DNA from: an uncultured Flavobacteriales bacterium
GTDB taxonomy: Bacteria > Bacteroidota > Bacteroidia > Flavobacteriales_D > Sanyastnellaceae
NCBI GenBank assembly: GCA_937881575.1
Contig: CALGEI010000042.1
Location: 202,286 to 266,285 of the forward strand
Length of the DNA stretch: 64,000 nucleotides
Direction of reading: 5' to 3'
This document shows positions 30,194-39,090 of this stretch, piece by piece. The notes under the pieces were generated by a model. That model had not been told where the DNA came from. It made no database searches and worked only from the letters and a program-made list of their open reading frames with translations. Position 1 is the first letter of the stretch. Each line of letters starts with the position of its first letter. The position numbers were made by a program, and so were the translations under genes.

Positions 30194-30778
30194 TTAAGGA
30201 TGGTCCATTTCCATTCCTTCCAAAACGATTTCTCCAGATGGACGCAGAATACGGTAATTCTCAAAACGAGCATCGGACTCGAGGCCTTCTCCATAGAGAA
30301 TGCCATTTTTGCTCGTAATCATCACAGGCCGGTTGGTCCAAACCCGGTTGGAGTCCTCGGCCCAAACGAGATATTCTGTTTCTAGAATGTCTCCTGAAAG
30401 GTTTCTAAGCACCACCTGGTCCTGCGCAATCAGCCGTAAGTTTTTCTCATCGAGCCAACCCGTCTGGGCTTGCATGTGGGCTTCATAGTTGTCTTCATCA
30501 CCACCAAGAAATAACTCAAATCCGTCCAGGACTTCCACCAAGTCTTCAGATTTCTCGGCTGTCCCATTTTCAACGCGCCGAAGAATGGACGCTGTCAAGA
30601 CGTGCAAGATTTCACCTTGTTCAGAATACTGAAACCGTCCATTTTCTATTTGCTGAACCGGTGACTTGTCAGATTCGGCGACAGCAACCAATTCTTCATC
30701 CGAGTTGGAGCACCCGAGAAGGAGTAAAAAGTACGGCACAAAGGCCGTTCCGACTATGCCGTTCCAATCAACGGACAC
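30194..30778 (-). CDS. lptC: LPS export periplasmic protein LptC-like (lipoprotein)
   Basis: Lipobox LLLLGCS. OstA/LptC-like beta-jellyroll pattern (GRFQYSEQGEILHVLTA...QDQVVLRNLSGDILETEYLVWAEDSNRVWT). GTG start overlaps the upstream TPR gene by 11 nt. Confidence 0.65.
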   Translation of the reverse strand: MSVDWNGIVGTAFVPYFLLLLGCSNSDEELVAVAESDKSPVQQIENGRFQYSEQGEILHVLTASILRRVENGTAEKSEDLVEVLDGFELFLGGDEDNYEAHMQAQTGWLDEKNLRLIAQDQVVLRNLSGDILETEYLVWAEDSNRVWTNRPVMITSKNGILYGEGLESDARFENYRILRPSGEIVLEGMEMDHP

Positions 30779-32150
30779 GAATCACTGTGCTTTCGCCAGA
30801 ACAAGGACACCCAGAAATGCTGGGGATTTGTATCTCAGCCCCTGTGCTTTTACCTACGGCAAAAACCTCTTCAACACTTGGGAATTGCTTCGAGGCATTC
30901 TGGAGTTTTTTGCTTGCTGTTGAAGCGACCTCCTCACTGCCAAAAGACTTGGCTTTGCCATAAAAATCGGCTGCTCTCAAATAGGCTAAGCGGGACCCCA
31001 GTGCGCCATCATCGCAGGCAGAAGCTCCTCCAGCAATGGCATCGCCAATCAGCATGAAAGCTTCAGCGCTGGACGCATTCACAGCGAGCACTTGCTCAGC
31101 ATAGCGACGAGCTGACGCTGATTTTTTGAGAAAAGAAGCGATCTGACCCGTCTTGAGTAAATAAGCCTCAAGTTCCGTGCAATCACCGCAGAGTTCAACG
31201 GCTTGCTGCATGAAGGAATAGGCTTCTTCGAAGTTGTCATTCTTCGCTTGGCTGTAACCAATTGCGTAGGCAGATGGATGACTTGGAGCAAGCTCATGGA
31301 CTGCCGTTGCAACAGGAAGAAACAACTCGTTGTCCGTGCACTCTTTTTGATTTAAAAGCCGAAGGACCTTTTGCTTCAAATCCATGTTGCTCGAATCTCC
31401 CGCTATTTTCATGCTAAGAACAGGAACCATGTCCTCGCATTGCGCTATCGCGATAAACACTTCATCAATGTTTCCTTTGGCCTTTTCAAAACCATCTAAC
31501 GCTTTTGCATCATCAGCAGCGAGCGTGATATTGGCCTCGATGTAATCCATCAAAACCAAGTATTCGGTCAACATTTCGCCGAGCTTTTCCTTGGCCTCCT
31601 CGTCTTCCAAGCCCTTCATGGTATAGAAGGAGGTGACGTAATATTTGCTCAATACAGCAGCTGAAGTCTCTTCTTTCAAACAGTCAACACTCTCTTTGAA
31701 CCAAGCATTTGCTGTTGCTGGATCGTCTTTATTGTACTGGTAGTAATCAGAGGCTTTATAACCCAAGATGCTACAACGGTTGTTGGGGAGTTTGGCCGTG
31801 GTAGGGAAGAGCTCCATGCGTTGGTCATACAACAAGAAAATGCTGTCTTTTATTGACGCCACGCGTTCTTCATTTGTAACGCTTTCTGCTTTTTTCAATT
31901 CGTTTTTCAAGAATCGAATGCCATCAGAATAAAGCCCTTCACGCGCCTTGGAAGGGCAAACATCACAAGCCTTCAGCCATTGGATGTAGGCCTCGTCATA
32001 ATTTTTCTGCTTTTTGTAGCTCACATAAACACTGAGCGCCTCTTTGCAGAGTAATTGCTGCTCCTCAGTCTCGCCATAGCGGTCCTGTCCAAAAGTCAAA
32101 TGAGGCGTTGCTACAAGCAGCGCACAGATCCAGATTAGTTGCTTTTTCAT
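30768..32150 (-). CDS. secreted TPR-like helical repeat protein
   Basis: Signal peptide MKKQLIWICALLVATPHLTFGQ, then all-helical repeats (NYDEAYIQWLKA..., NFEEAYSFMQQAVE...). Confidence 0.6.
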   Translation of the reverse strand: MKKQLIWICALLVATPHLTFGQDRYGETEEQQLLCKEALSVYVSYKKQKNYDEAYIQWLKACDVCPSKAREGLYSDGIRFLKNELKKAESVTNEERVASIKDSIFLLYDQRMELFPTTAKLPNNRCSILGYKASDYYQYNKDDPATANAWFKESVDCLKEETSAAVLSKYYVTSFYTMKGLEDEEAKEKLGEMLTEYLVLMDYIEANITLAADDAKALDGFEKAKGNIDEVFIAIAQCEDMVPVLSMKIAGDSSNMDLKQKVLRLLNQKECTDNELFLPVATAVHELAPSHPSAYAIGYSQAKNDNFEEAYSFMQQAVELCGDCTELEAYLLKTGQIASFLKKSASARRYAEQVLAVNASSAEAFMLIGDAIAGGASACDDGALGSRLAYLRAADFYGKAKSFGSEEVASTASKKLQNASKQFPSVEEVFAVGKSTGAEIQIPSISGCPCSGESTVIRVR

Positions 32151-32168
32151 AAGTCTCGTCTTCTCAGG

Positions 32169-33626
32169 TCAATCATACAATCGTTCTCTCAGCCAGTTGT
32201 TTTTGAAAAAAGGCATCAATGAAAATCCAATGTGTATCCGTGCGTAGTTTTCATTGAGCCCTCCCGCTGCAGTGTAACGCTCTCCAAGTTCCATGCCGAA
32301 ATGAAGTCGACTTAGGGAACGGCTGCCCACTAAGGGCAAACTGAATCCTGCTGATAGGCTCCGTGATTCAAGTTGTGTCGATTCCACGGCATAGGGCTGC
32401 TGTGCGATTGACAAGCCAACGCGATAATTAGCTTTGCCCCATGTTGGATGCCGTCGCTCGGCATTGCCTAAAGTCCATTCGGCACCAAAACGGAAGATCT
32501 TCGAGCGCATCCAAGTGAGCCCTAATGGCCGAAGTGCTGCATCGAAATCTGATTCAACCTGGTCCCAAAGCGTTTCACTGTACTCAATGCCTGCCCCAAA
32601 ATGCCGTCCGTTGGCGTGATCAAAGATGATTCCAAGTCCGGCATTCCATGACGCGGGCATTTTGCCTTGAACATTGGAGGCGGCAACGAATAAAGCCGTG
32701 TCCAGTGGAATGTTAATGCCTCCCAAGTTTTGAGTCGTTTCATCCACCTGAGAGATATCACTATACAAGCCGGTCTGAGGGGTGAAGCGCCCTCCGAATC
32801 GCATCGAAGCACTCTTCTCGAATGACTGATCCTCGTTGTATTGTGCGAACAAGAGGTGGTTGTAGATTACGCCAAGATCAGCTGAAATGGAACGATGTCG
32901 CATATCGATCACCGATCGGTGATCAAGGAAAGTTGGATCCAATATGTCTAAAACCGACGTTCGGCTCACCGCCCCAAATAGATATTGCGTTTGAATGCCC
33001 AAATGCAACGTGTTGGTCTGGATCAATACACTATCACTGAGTCCAGCTTGAACATAGCCTCTGCCTTTGATGGTTCTAGCCCATCCAATGTGCGCTTTAC
33101 TGAGTCCTCCGTGCCCATCATAACGTTCTTGAACATTGCCAATGTTGTCCATGTCCGTGGATCTGGAAATGGCGAATCCTGAACTGCTAAATGGCGAAAC
33201 TCCGAGGATCAAGGTGTTTTTTCCACCTTGCTTTTTAATGGCCAATCCCAAGGGCCCCGAAGAACCAAATCGTGCCGTTGCTGTAGCGTCGTCCCCTTGG
33301 CTCATTTGCAGTTGCGTGGTTACAGCAGAACCTTGAAAAGTTGTCTGTCCCAGTGCTGATGCAGATGCGGGGTTGTTCGGATTGAATTGAAAGCTCGAGT
33401 AAAGCATGGACTCCATTCCACCCATGCCAGCATGAACAGGAGTTTGAAGCGATCCCACCAAACCAAATCCGAACCGCGAATAAGGAGAGTATTCGGCATT
33501 TTGTCCCATCACATGACCGGCGGCAAGAATCAGTATCCCCAGAAAGACACTGCTTTTGGAACCGAATGTAGATCCAGTTTGAGCGTGTCCTGAGGATCGT
33601 ATGTGGGTGATTTCAACGTTGTTCAA
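32169..33626 (-). CDS. outer-membrane beta-barrel protein, possibly FadL/TodX-like
   Basis: N-terminal SPYSRFGFG...HAGMGGMESML...FNPNNPAS resembles the FadL-family N-terminus, with alternating beta-strand pattern throughout. TTG start is uncertain and overlaps the coaX 3' end by 14 nt. Confidence 0.5.
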   Translation of the reverse strand: MNNVEITHIRSSGHAQTGSTFGSKSSVFLGILILAAGHVMGQNAEYSPYSRFGFGLVGSLQTPVHAGMGGMESMLYSSFQFNPNNPASASALGQTTFQGSAVTTQLQMSQGDDATATARFGSSGPLGLAIKKQGGKNTLILGVSPFSSSGFAISRSTDMDNIGNVQERYDGHGGLSKAHIGWARTIKGRGYVQAGLSDSVLIQTNTLHLGIQTQYLFGAVSRTSVLDILDPTFLDHRSVIDMRHRSISADLGVIYNHLLFAQYNEDQSFEKSASMRFGGRFTPQTGLYSDISQVDETTQNLGGINIPLDTALFVAASNVQGKMPASWNAGLGIIFDHANGRHFGAGIEYSETLWDQVESDFDAALRPLGLTWMRSKIFRFGAEWTLGNAERRHPTWGKANYRVGLSIAQQPYAVESTQLESRSLSAGFSLPLVGSRSLSRLHFGMELGERYTAAGGLNENYARIHIGFSLMPFFKNNWLRERLYD

Positions 33627-34392
33627 CGTTTTGCAGAATTTGATGATACCCTTTCCAAGTCAGGTTTGGGTCGACAAAAATGAGGCGTGGATCTTCGACT
33701 TCCAAGAAAGAAGCATCTCCTCCTGTTAATGCAACTCGAAAGTTGGGCCAATGTTTCCTAAACGCATCCACGCGTCCCTGGATTTCGGCATTGATTCCTC
33801 CGATGGCTCCGGCAAGCAGGCTGGAGAGCGTGTCGTTGCCAATGTGCATGGCCACTCCCTCGCTAGCGAGTTCACGCCAATTTTCGGGATAGGGCAATGC
33901 ACGTGTGCCGGCATACATCGATCGGAATCTCAAATCAATGCCTGGGGAAATTGCGCCTCCGATAAATGAATGTTCTTCTACGGCATCGACGGTCATGCAG
34001 GTGCCCATGTCGATTACCATCCACTGGGAATCGGGGTCGATGGCAAGGACGGCTGCAGCATTAGCAAGTCGATCGAGCCCTACCGTTTCCAGGCTATCGT
34101 ATCGCACATCAAAACCCAATTCCATCTTGGCATGGAGATTCACCAGGTTTTGAGGTTGAGGATGAGAACGCTGCCATCGATTGTTCCAATTCGTCCAAAA
34201 CTCAGAAGCGTTACCGGACGCTGCAATGAGCATTCTGGCCGGCAATTGCTGGGTTTCCATGGCTTCATTGGCGATAATCTCAGCAGCATCATCCGTCCAG
34301 ACTTCAGCCAATTCACCGCTCACAAATGAAGCGAGCTTCGTGCGCGTGTTGCCAATGTCAAGAATCCAGTCGTGATCGTGTCTCATTGCCAT
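33613..34392 (-). CDS. coaX: type III pantothenate kinase
   Basis: LDIGNTRTK, VIDMGTCMTVD, GGDA. 259 aa. Confidence 0.88.
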   Translation of the reverse strand: MAMRHDHDWILDIGNTRTKLASFVSGELAEVWTDDAAEIIANEAMETQQLPARMLIAASGNASEFWTNWNNRWQRSHPQPQNLVNLHAKMELGFDVRYDSLETVGLDRLANAAAVLAIDPDSQWMVIDMGTCMTVDAVEEHSFIGGAISPGIDLRFRSMYAGTRALPYPENWRELASEGVAMHIGNDTLSSLLAGAIGGINAEIQGRVDAFRKHWPNFRVALTGGDASFLEVEDPRLIFVDPNLTWKGYHQILQNVEQR

Positions 34393-34976
34393 TGCAGTGT
34401 TTCGATCATGTGCACAATGTCCTGCCGTAAATAATCTAGAGCGGGTCCGATGCTGTCAGGATTTGGAACATGTTGAAAGTAGAGAGACCCACGCAAAAAA
34501 TAAGAGGTGCTGTCGCTAGCAAAAAACTGCAACGGAGAAGCCACGGGCCCGTCCAAGTCAAAGATGAGTCCTCCAACTTGGTTTTCTGGAAGGTCGAATG
34601 AACGAGTCTGAATCCCCGAAGCTTTCGCTTCATGACTAAAAACCAAGCGATGGGAATCTTCAACCAAGGAGATGAACTCACCGGGATTGTTCAGGCGAGT
34701 CAAGGTGCAATGCAGTTTTCCAGAGAAAGATGGAAATGCGAGGTTGAACCAACACGAATTCGTGGAATTGTCTAAGTTGATGAGTTCAATCTTGGCGTGA
34801 GACGGGACCTCAAAGAGTGGGCCACAGGGATGCGCGTAAGGAACGTATGAAACAGCGGGAGTCTCAATTCTAAAATATCCTCGTGGCCGCGGCATGTAAT
34901 CTTCATTGCATCCAAGGAGCATCAGAGCCGCGATGCAGAAAAAAGCAGGGCGGAGCGCAAAGCGTTTCGGGGTCAT
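34383..34976 (-). CDS. gldD: gliding-motility lipoprotein GldD-like
   Basis: 197 aa, lipobox LMLLGCN. It lies immediately downstream of, and ATGA-coupled to, the CNNM-type gene in the mutY-ssb-gldE-gldD order known from Flavobacterium johnsoniae. Confidence 0.6.
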   Translation of the reverse strand: MTPKRFALRPAFFCIAALMLLGCNEDYMPRPRGYFRIETPAVSYVPYAHPCGPLFEVPSHAKIELINLDNSTNSCWFNLAFPSFSGKLHCTLTRLNNPGEFISLVEDSHRLVFSHEAKASGIQTRSFDLPENQVGGLIFDLDGPVASPLQFFASDSTSYFLRGSLYFQHVPNPDSIGPALDYLRQDIVHMIETLQWQ

Positions 34977-36322
34977 TCGCTCGCTGAATTTTCCGGCAAA
35001 GTCATCTTAATTCGCATCAACTTTCGCGCATTCGAAGCATCCACTCTCAATTCCACTTGTTCAAAGAGAATGGATTCGCCGGTTCTTAAAATGCGACCGG
35101 CCTGCTCTGTGATGAATCCGCCGAGGGTATCACTTTCTCCTTTGGCAGCTTCCCACGCTTGGTCCTCGATATCGAGGATTCTGTAGACATCAATCAAGGA
35201 GGTTTTCGCCTCGATGATGAAAGTGCGTTCATCCAATCTTGAATACGAAATCTCCTCGGCATCGAACTCGTCAGAAATTTCACCTACGATTTCTTCAATG
35301 ATATCCTCCAACGTGATGATCCCACTTGTCCCTCCGTATTCATCAACAACGATGGCAATGTGAGTTCTTCTTTCTTGAAACTCTCGCATCAAATCGTCGA
35401 TTTTTTTATTCTCAGGGACGAAATAGGCTGGTTGAATGTGAGATTGCCAGTTCAGTTCAGGCTGATTTAAATGCGGCAATAAATTTTTGACGTACAAGAT
35501 GCCCTGAATGTCATCCTGAGATCCCTGGTGAACCGGAATCCGAGAATAGCCTGATTCGATGATTTGGCCTCGAAGTTGTGTCCAAGAATCATCAGTCGAT
35601 ACAGACTCCATATCTGTTCTCGCTGTCATAACTTGTTTGGCATCCTTGCTTCCCAAGGCTACAATTCCTTCCAAAATCCGCTGCTCCTCGTCTGAGCGGT
35701 CTTCATCTGCTGTTAGGTGAAGGGCTTGCTCCAGGTCTTCCATGGAAAGATCTGTAGCCGGCACTTCAACGCGACGACCAACCCAAGCTCCAAGACGGAC
35801 TAGCGGTTTCCAAACGGGCTTCAAAACACTCCGTGCGACAAGCAAGGGGCCCGCGGTAAATTGAGCAAATTGGATGCGATTCGTCGAGGAATAAACTTTT
35901 GGAATCACTTCGCCAAAGAGGACAATTAGAAAGGTCACGGCTCCAACATGGAGGGTCCATTTCATCCAGGCCTCCATCTCTGAAGAAGGGAAAAACCGCT
36001 CCATGGCCATGGTTGAAATCAGAATAATGACAATGTTGGTCAGATTGTTGAGCACAAGTATGGTGGCTAACAAATGACGCGGTGCTCGCGCTGAATCAGG
36101 CTTTTCGAGCAATTCCAAAACCCGCTGGGCTTTGATGGATTGATCTTGGTCACGCGCTCTCTCGAGGTCTTGCAGATCTGATGGCGTTAGGCTAAAAAAG
36201 GCGACCTCGGATCCTGATATTAAAGCACTAAACAGAAGCAGAACCGCGATGGCTAGGATGGGCGCGAAATCCGGCGCTGACCACAGTGATGCCAAAAGAA
36301 AGGGCGATAGCAGAAAGCTCAA
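34973..36322 (-). CDS. gldE: gliding-motility-associated CNNM/CBS/CorC protein GldE-like
   Basis: DUF21 (SGSEVAFFSLTP) + CBS pair + CorC_HlyC. Synteny ssb-gldE-gldD. TTG start. Confidence 0.65.
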   Translation of the reverse strand: MSFLLSPFLLASLWSAPDFAPILAIAVLLLFSALISGSEVAFFSLTPSDLQDLERARDQDQSIKAQRVLELLEKPDSARAPRHLLATILVLNNLTNIVIILISTMAMERFFPSSEMEAWMKWTLHVGAVTFLIVLFGEVIPKVYSSTNRIQFAQFTAGPLLVARSVLKPVWKPLVRLGAWVGRRVEVPATDLSMEDLEQALHLTADEDRSDEEQRILEGIVALGSKDAKQVMTARTDMESVSTDDSWTQLRGQIIESGYSRIPVHQGSQDDIQGILYVKNLLPHLNQPELNWQSHIQPAYFVPENKKIDDLMREFQERRTHIAIVVDEYGGTSGIITLEDIIEEIVGEISDEFDAEEISYSRLDERTFIIEAKTSLIDVYRILDIEDQAWEAAKGESDTLGGFITEQAGRILRTGESILFEQVELRVDASNARKLMRIKMTLPENSASE

Positions 36323-36350
36323 AGGAGGGGCTTCAAGTCAATAAAAAGCT

Positions 36351-36857
36351 TCAAAACGGCAAATCTGATGCGTCGCCCTCAGGGACACTCGGTGGATTGA
36401 ATGGAGACGAGGAGACGGGCTCGTTCGCCGATTCTGCCATGGCGCTGTTCGCAGGTTTTGCTTGAGGCTGGGGATCGGCTTTTGTGGCATTTTGATTGTT
36501 GCCGACTTGAGGGCTGCCATTTCCTGGGCGGTCGAGAAGCTGCATGACGTCTGCTACGACCTCTGTCGTGTAGCGTTTTTGTCCTTGCTGATCATCCCAT
36601 GAACGCGTTTTGATTTTGCCTTCGATGAAAACTTGGGATCCCTTGCGAAGGTATTTTTCAGCAGTTTCGGCCATGCCACGCCAGATGACAATATTATGCC
36701 ATTCTGTTTGCGTGATGCGTTCTCCTGAATTGCGGTCCTTATAGGTCTCAGATGTTGCCATGGGGAATGAGCAAACAGCGACTCCGTTGGGGGTGTAGCG
36801 CATCTCCGGGTCTTTGCCTAGGTTGCCTACCAAGATTACTTTATTGACTCCAGCCAT
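36351..36857 (-). CDS. ssb: single-stranded DNA-binding protein
   Basis: [23 protein letters not shown] fold, disordered tail ending DLPF. Confidence 0.95.
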   Translation of the reverse strand: MAGVNKVILVGNLGKDPEMRYTPNGVAVCSFPMATSETYKDRNSGERITQTEWHNIVIWRGMAETAEKYLRKGSQVFIEGKIKTRSWDDQQGQKRYTTEVVADVMQLLDRPGNGSPQVGNNQNATKADPQPQAKPANSAMAESANEPVSSSPFNPPSVPEGDASDLPF

Positions 36858-36871
36858 GTTTCAAATTTACG

Positions 36872-37984
36872 CTATGCCACGGTTTTAGATTCTTTTTGTT
36901 CAGCGGAATTCTTCACATCGGTCCAACAGCTCTCAAGTACTCGTGGCAACGCGAGTTCCATTGCGCTTTCCCAAGTATGCCATTCCCCCCAATCCAATGA
37001 CTCATTTTCAGGAAGGAGCCAAAGCCAGAATTGCACATGCAAGCGGCGGTGACTCAGCAGGTGCTTCACGGGTGTTCCGCATGGCCCTCGTGAAATGAGT
37101 CGTTCGTTGAGGGAGGCGGGGGGTTGGTCAGTTTCGGCGGCTGGTAGCCCAGGCTTCTCGGAAGTCGGAAAAGCCCACAAGCCACCCCAGACCCCTGAAT
37201 CGGGTCTTTTATTCATGAGAACAAGACCGTTGTGAACGATGACATGGAATTGGAGGGCGACATCTTGAACCTTGATTTTGCCTTGTTTAAAAGGGGGGAG
37301 GGAGCCTTTTTTATGGGGCATAAAGCTGCTGGCGCATTTTTTCTGCAGCGGGCAGCTGGCGCAATCAGGAGCATTCGGAGTGCAAGTCAAAGCGCCCAAT
37401 TCCATGATGGCTTGATTGTGTCTGCCTGGGTTTTTTGGGTCGACCCAGGCCTGGGCAAAGGTCTCCAAGGGCTTTCGTCCGGATGGCCTGTCAATCGGTT
37501 CGTGAATGCCTAAAAAACGACTGAGTACGCGCAAGACATTGCCATCAACGGCTGCGACAGGAGTTTCGAAACAGATGGAGCATATCGCCGCGGCAGTGTA
37601 GGTACCGACACCTGGCAGCGCGAGCCATTGATTCATTTCTTGTGGGTACCCGTTAGGAAATTCCTCTGAAATAATTTGAGCTGCTTTGTGCAGGTTTCGA
37701 GCGCGGCTGTAGTAGCCAAGGCCCTGCCATTCCTTTAAAACCTCATCGACACTGGCGTTGGCTAAGGCCTGAAAATTGGGCCAGCGATGCATGAATCGTT
37801 CCCAATACGCTGTCCCTTGATCGATGCGTGTCTGCTGCATAATCACTTCGCAAAGCCAAGTGCCATAAGGTTCCGGTTTTTCCCTCCATGGCAAGGGCCG
37901 TTCATGCTCCAAATACCACCGATGGAGATCACTTCGTAACATGTTCAGGGCCACGTCTTCGGAAAAAGCAGTTTTGGGATGCAT
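36872..37984 (-). CDS. mutY: A/G-specific adenine glycosylase
   Basis: HhH-GPD LPGVGTYTAAAICS, 4Fe-4S cluster CTPNAPDCASCPLQKKC, NUDIX-like C-terminal domain. I prefer ATG at 37984 over the TTG at 38011. Confidence 0.9.
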   Translation of the reverse strand: MHPKTAFSEDVALNMLRSDLHRWYLEHERPLPWREKPEPYGTWLCEVIMQQTRIDQGTAYWERFMHRWPNFQALANASVDEVLKEWQGLGYYSRARNLHKAAQIISEEFPNGYPQEMNQWLALPGVGTYTAAAICSICFETPVAAVDGNVLRVLSRFLGIHEPIDRPSGRKPLETFAQAWVDPKNPGRHNQAIMELGALTCTPNAPDCASCPLQKKCASSFMPHKKGSLPPFKQGKIKVQDVALQFHVIVHNGLVLMNKRPDSGVWGGLWAFPTSEKPGLPAAETDQPPASLNERLISRGPCGTPVKHLLSHRRLHVQFWLWLLPENESLDWGEWHTWESAMELALPRVLESCWTDVKNSAEQKESKTVA

Positions 37985-38013
37985 AAAGTGGGTAGTATTC
38001 AGGACATTCAACG

Positions 38014-38021
38014 TATTTTTG
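38014..38021 (+). promoter_or_regulatory. TAnnTTTG (-7-like) motif upstream of the HU gene
   Basis: TATTTTTG, 58 nt upstream of the HU ATG. Confidence 0.3.
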
Positions 38022-38024
38022 CAC

Positions 38025-38052
38025 CCCCAAACGGTTTTGGGGTTTCTTTTTT
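38025..38052 (+). terminator. terminator-like hairpin + T-run in the mutY/HU divergent intergenic region
   Basis: CCCCAAA-CGGT-TTTGGGG followed by TTTCTTTTTT. No plus-strand gene lies upstream, so it may be a leader/attenuator element. Confidence 0.4.
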
Positions 38053-38060
38053 GAGACTGA

Positions 38061-38068
38061 CAAACGTA
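38061..38068 (-). promoter_or_regulatory. TAnnTTTG (-7-like) motif upstream of mutY
   Basis: The minus strand reads TACGTTTG, 77 nt upstream of the mutY ATG at 37984. Confidence 0.25.
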
Positions 38069-38078
38069 CTAACGCAAG

Positions 38079-38369
38079 ATGACGAAAGCAGATATTGTAA
38101 GCAGAATTGCTGACGAAACCGGTATGGAGAAGCAAGATGTTCAAACTACGGTTGAGGCATTCATGCGCTCTGTGCGAGATGGTTTAGAATCTGGACAAAA
38201 TGTTTACCTCCGAGGTTTTGGAAGCTTTGTTGTGAAAACCCGGGCAGCGAAAACAGGCCGCAACATCCTTGCGAAGCAATCCATTCAGATTCCGGCTCAC
38301 AACATTCCTTCATTCAAGCCAGCGAAGGATTTTGTTGAAAATGTAAAAACGCAGGTTAAGGTGAAGTAA
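38079..38369 (+). CDS. HU/IHF-family DNA-binding protein
   Basis: MTKADIVSRIADETG..., RGFGSFVVKTRAAKTGRNI...IPAHNIPSFKP. Confidence 0.92.
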   Translation: MTKADIVSRIADETGMEKQDVQTTVEAFMRSVRDGLESGQNVYLRGFGSFVVKTRAAKTGRNILAKQSIQIPAHNIPSFKPAKDFVENVKTQVKVK

Positions 38370-38372
38370 TCC

Positions 38373-38987
38373 ATGCGGAACAGAACAGGTGTCATAGTAA
38401 CAGTCGTTTTAGGAGCCGCACTCATAGCATTCGTGCTGTGGATGCCGAGGCAGCCTGAATCTTCGGCTATCGCTGATTCTGTTGTTGCTGCTGAAGACGA
38501 GGCTTACCTGGATGATCCGGTAGCTGTTGCTGTTGAAAAGGTTTCGGGCGCTAACCCCATGGAAGGCATTTTGGAACTGAGAGCTCTTGCAGAGCAAGAC
38601 GAGCCTGAAGTGGATGCGGTGGTTTGGTTGGGGGTTTTTGGAATTCAATCGGGCCAGCTTGACAAAGCGCGTGAGCGATTCTCTCAAGCGTTAACCTTGG
38701 AACCAGGCCATGTTGAAGCGACATGGCAATTGGCCATGCTCGATATGGAGGAAGGGGCCTACGACCGAGCGGTTGTTGGTTTTGAAGCCTGTATGGATGC
38801 TGACGATAGCTATACCAACGGACTTTTCTTTACTGCACGTTGCTATGAAGCAATGGGTAAAACGGAGGCGGCTGTGATTCGTTACCAGCAATACTTACCT
38901 TACGCGCCAGATACGGTGATCTCAGCGCGAGTTTTAGATTTTATCACACGATTAGAATCCGGAGGTCTCTCTGGAACAAACGAATAA
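38373..38987 (+). CDS. membrane-anchored TPR protein
   Basis: N-terminal TM VIVTVVLGAALIAFVLW, then TPR-like helices (ARERFSQALTLEPGHVEATWQLAMLD..., CYEAMGKTEAAVIRYQQYL). Confidence 0.65.
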   Translation: MRNRTGVIVTVVLGAALIAFVLWMPRQPESSAIADSVVAAEDEAYLDDPVAVAVEKVSGANPMEGILELRALAEQDEPEVDAVVWLGVFGIQSGQLDKARERFSQALTLEPGHVEATWQLAMLDMEEGAYDRAVVGFEACMDADDSYTNGLFFTARCYEAMGKTEAAVIRYQQYLPYAPDTVISARVLDFITRLESGGLSGTNE

Positions 38988-38998
38988 ATTCAACCATC

Positions 38999-39088
38999 AT
39001 GCCAAGCGGTAAAAAACGGAAGCGTCATAAGATGTCGACGCACAAGCGGAAGAAAAGATTGCGCAAAAATCGGCACAAGAAGAAGTGA
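38999..39088 (+). CDS. 29-aa Lys/Arg-rich protein, bS22 / AURKAIP1-COX24-like ribosomal protein candidate
   Basis: Not in the ORF track (<60 aa). ATG...TGA encodes MPSGKKRKRHKMSTHKRKKRLRKNRHKKK, 18 of 29 residues K/R. It sits 11 nt after the TPR gene and is followed by a strong hairpin. Confidence 0.6.
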   Translation: MPSGKKRKRHKMSTHKRKKRLRKNRHKKK

Positions 39089-39090
39089 TT

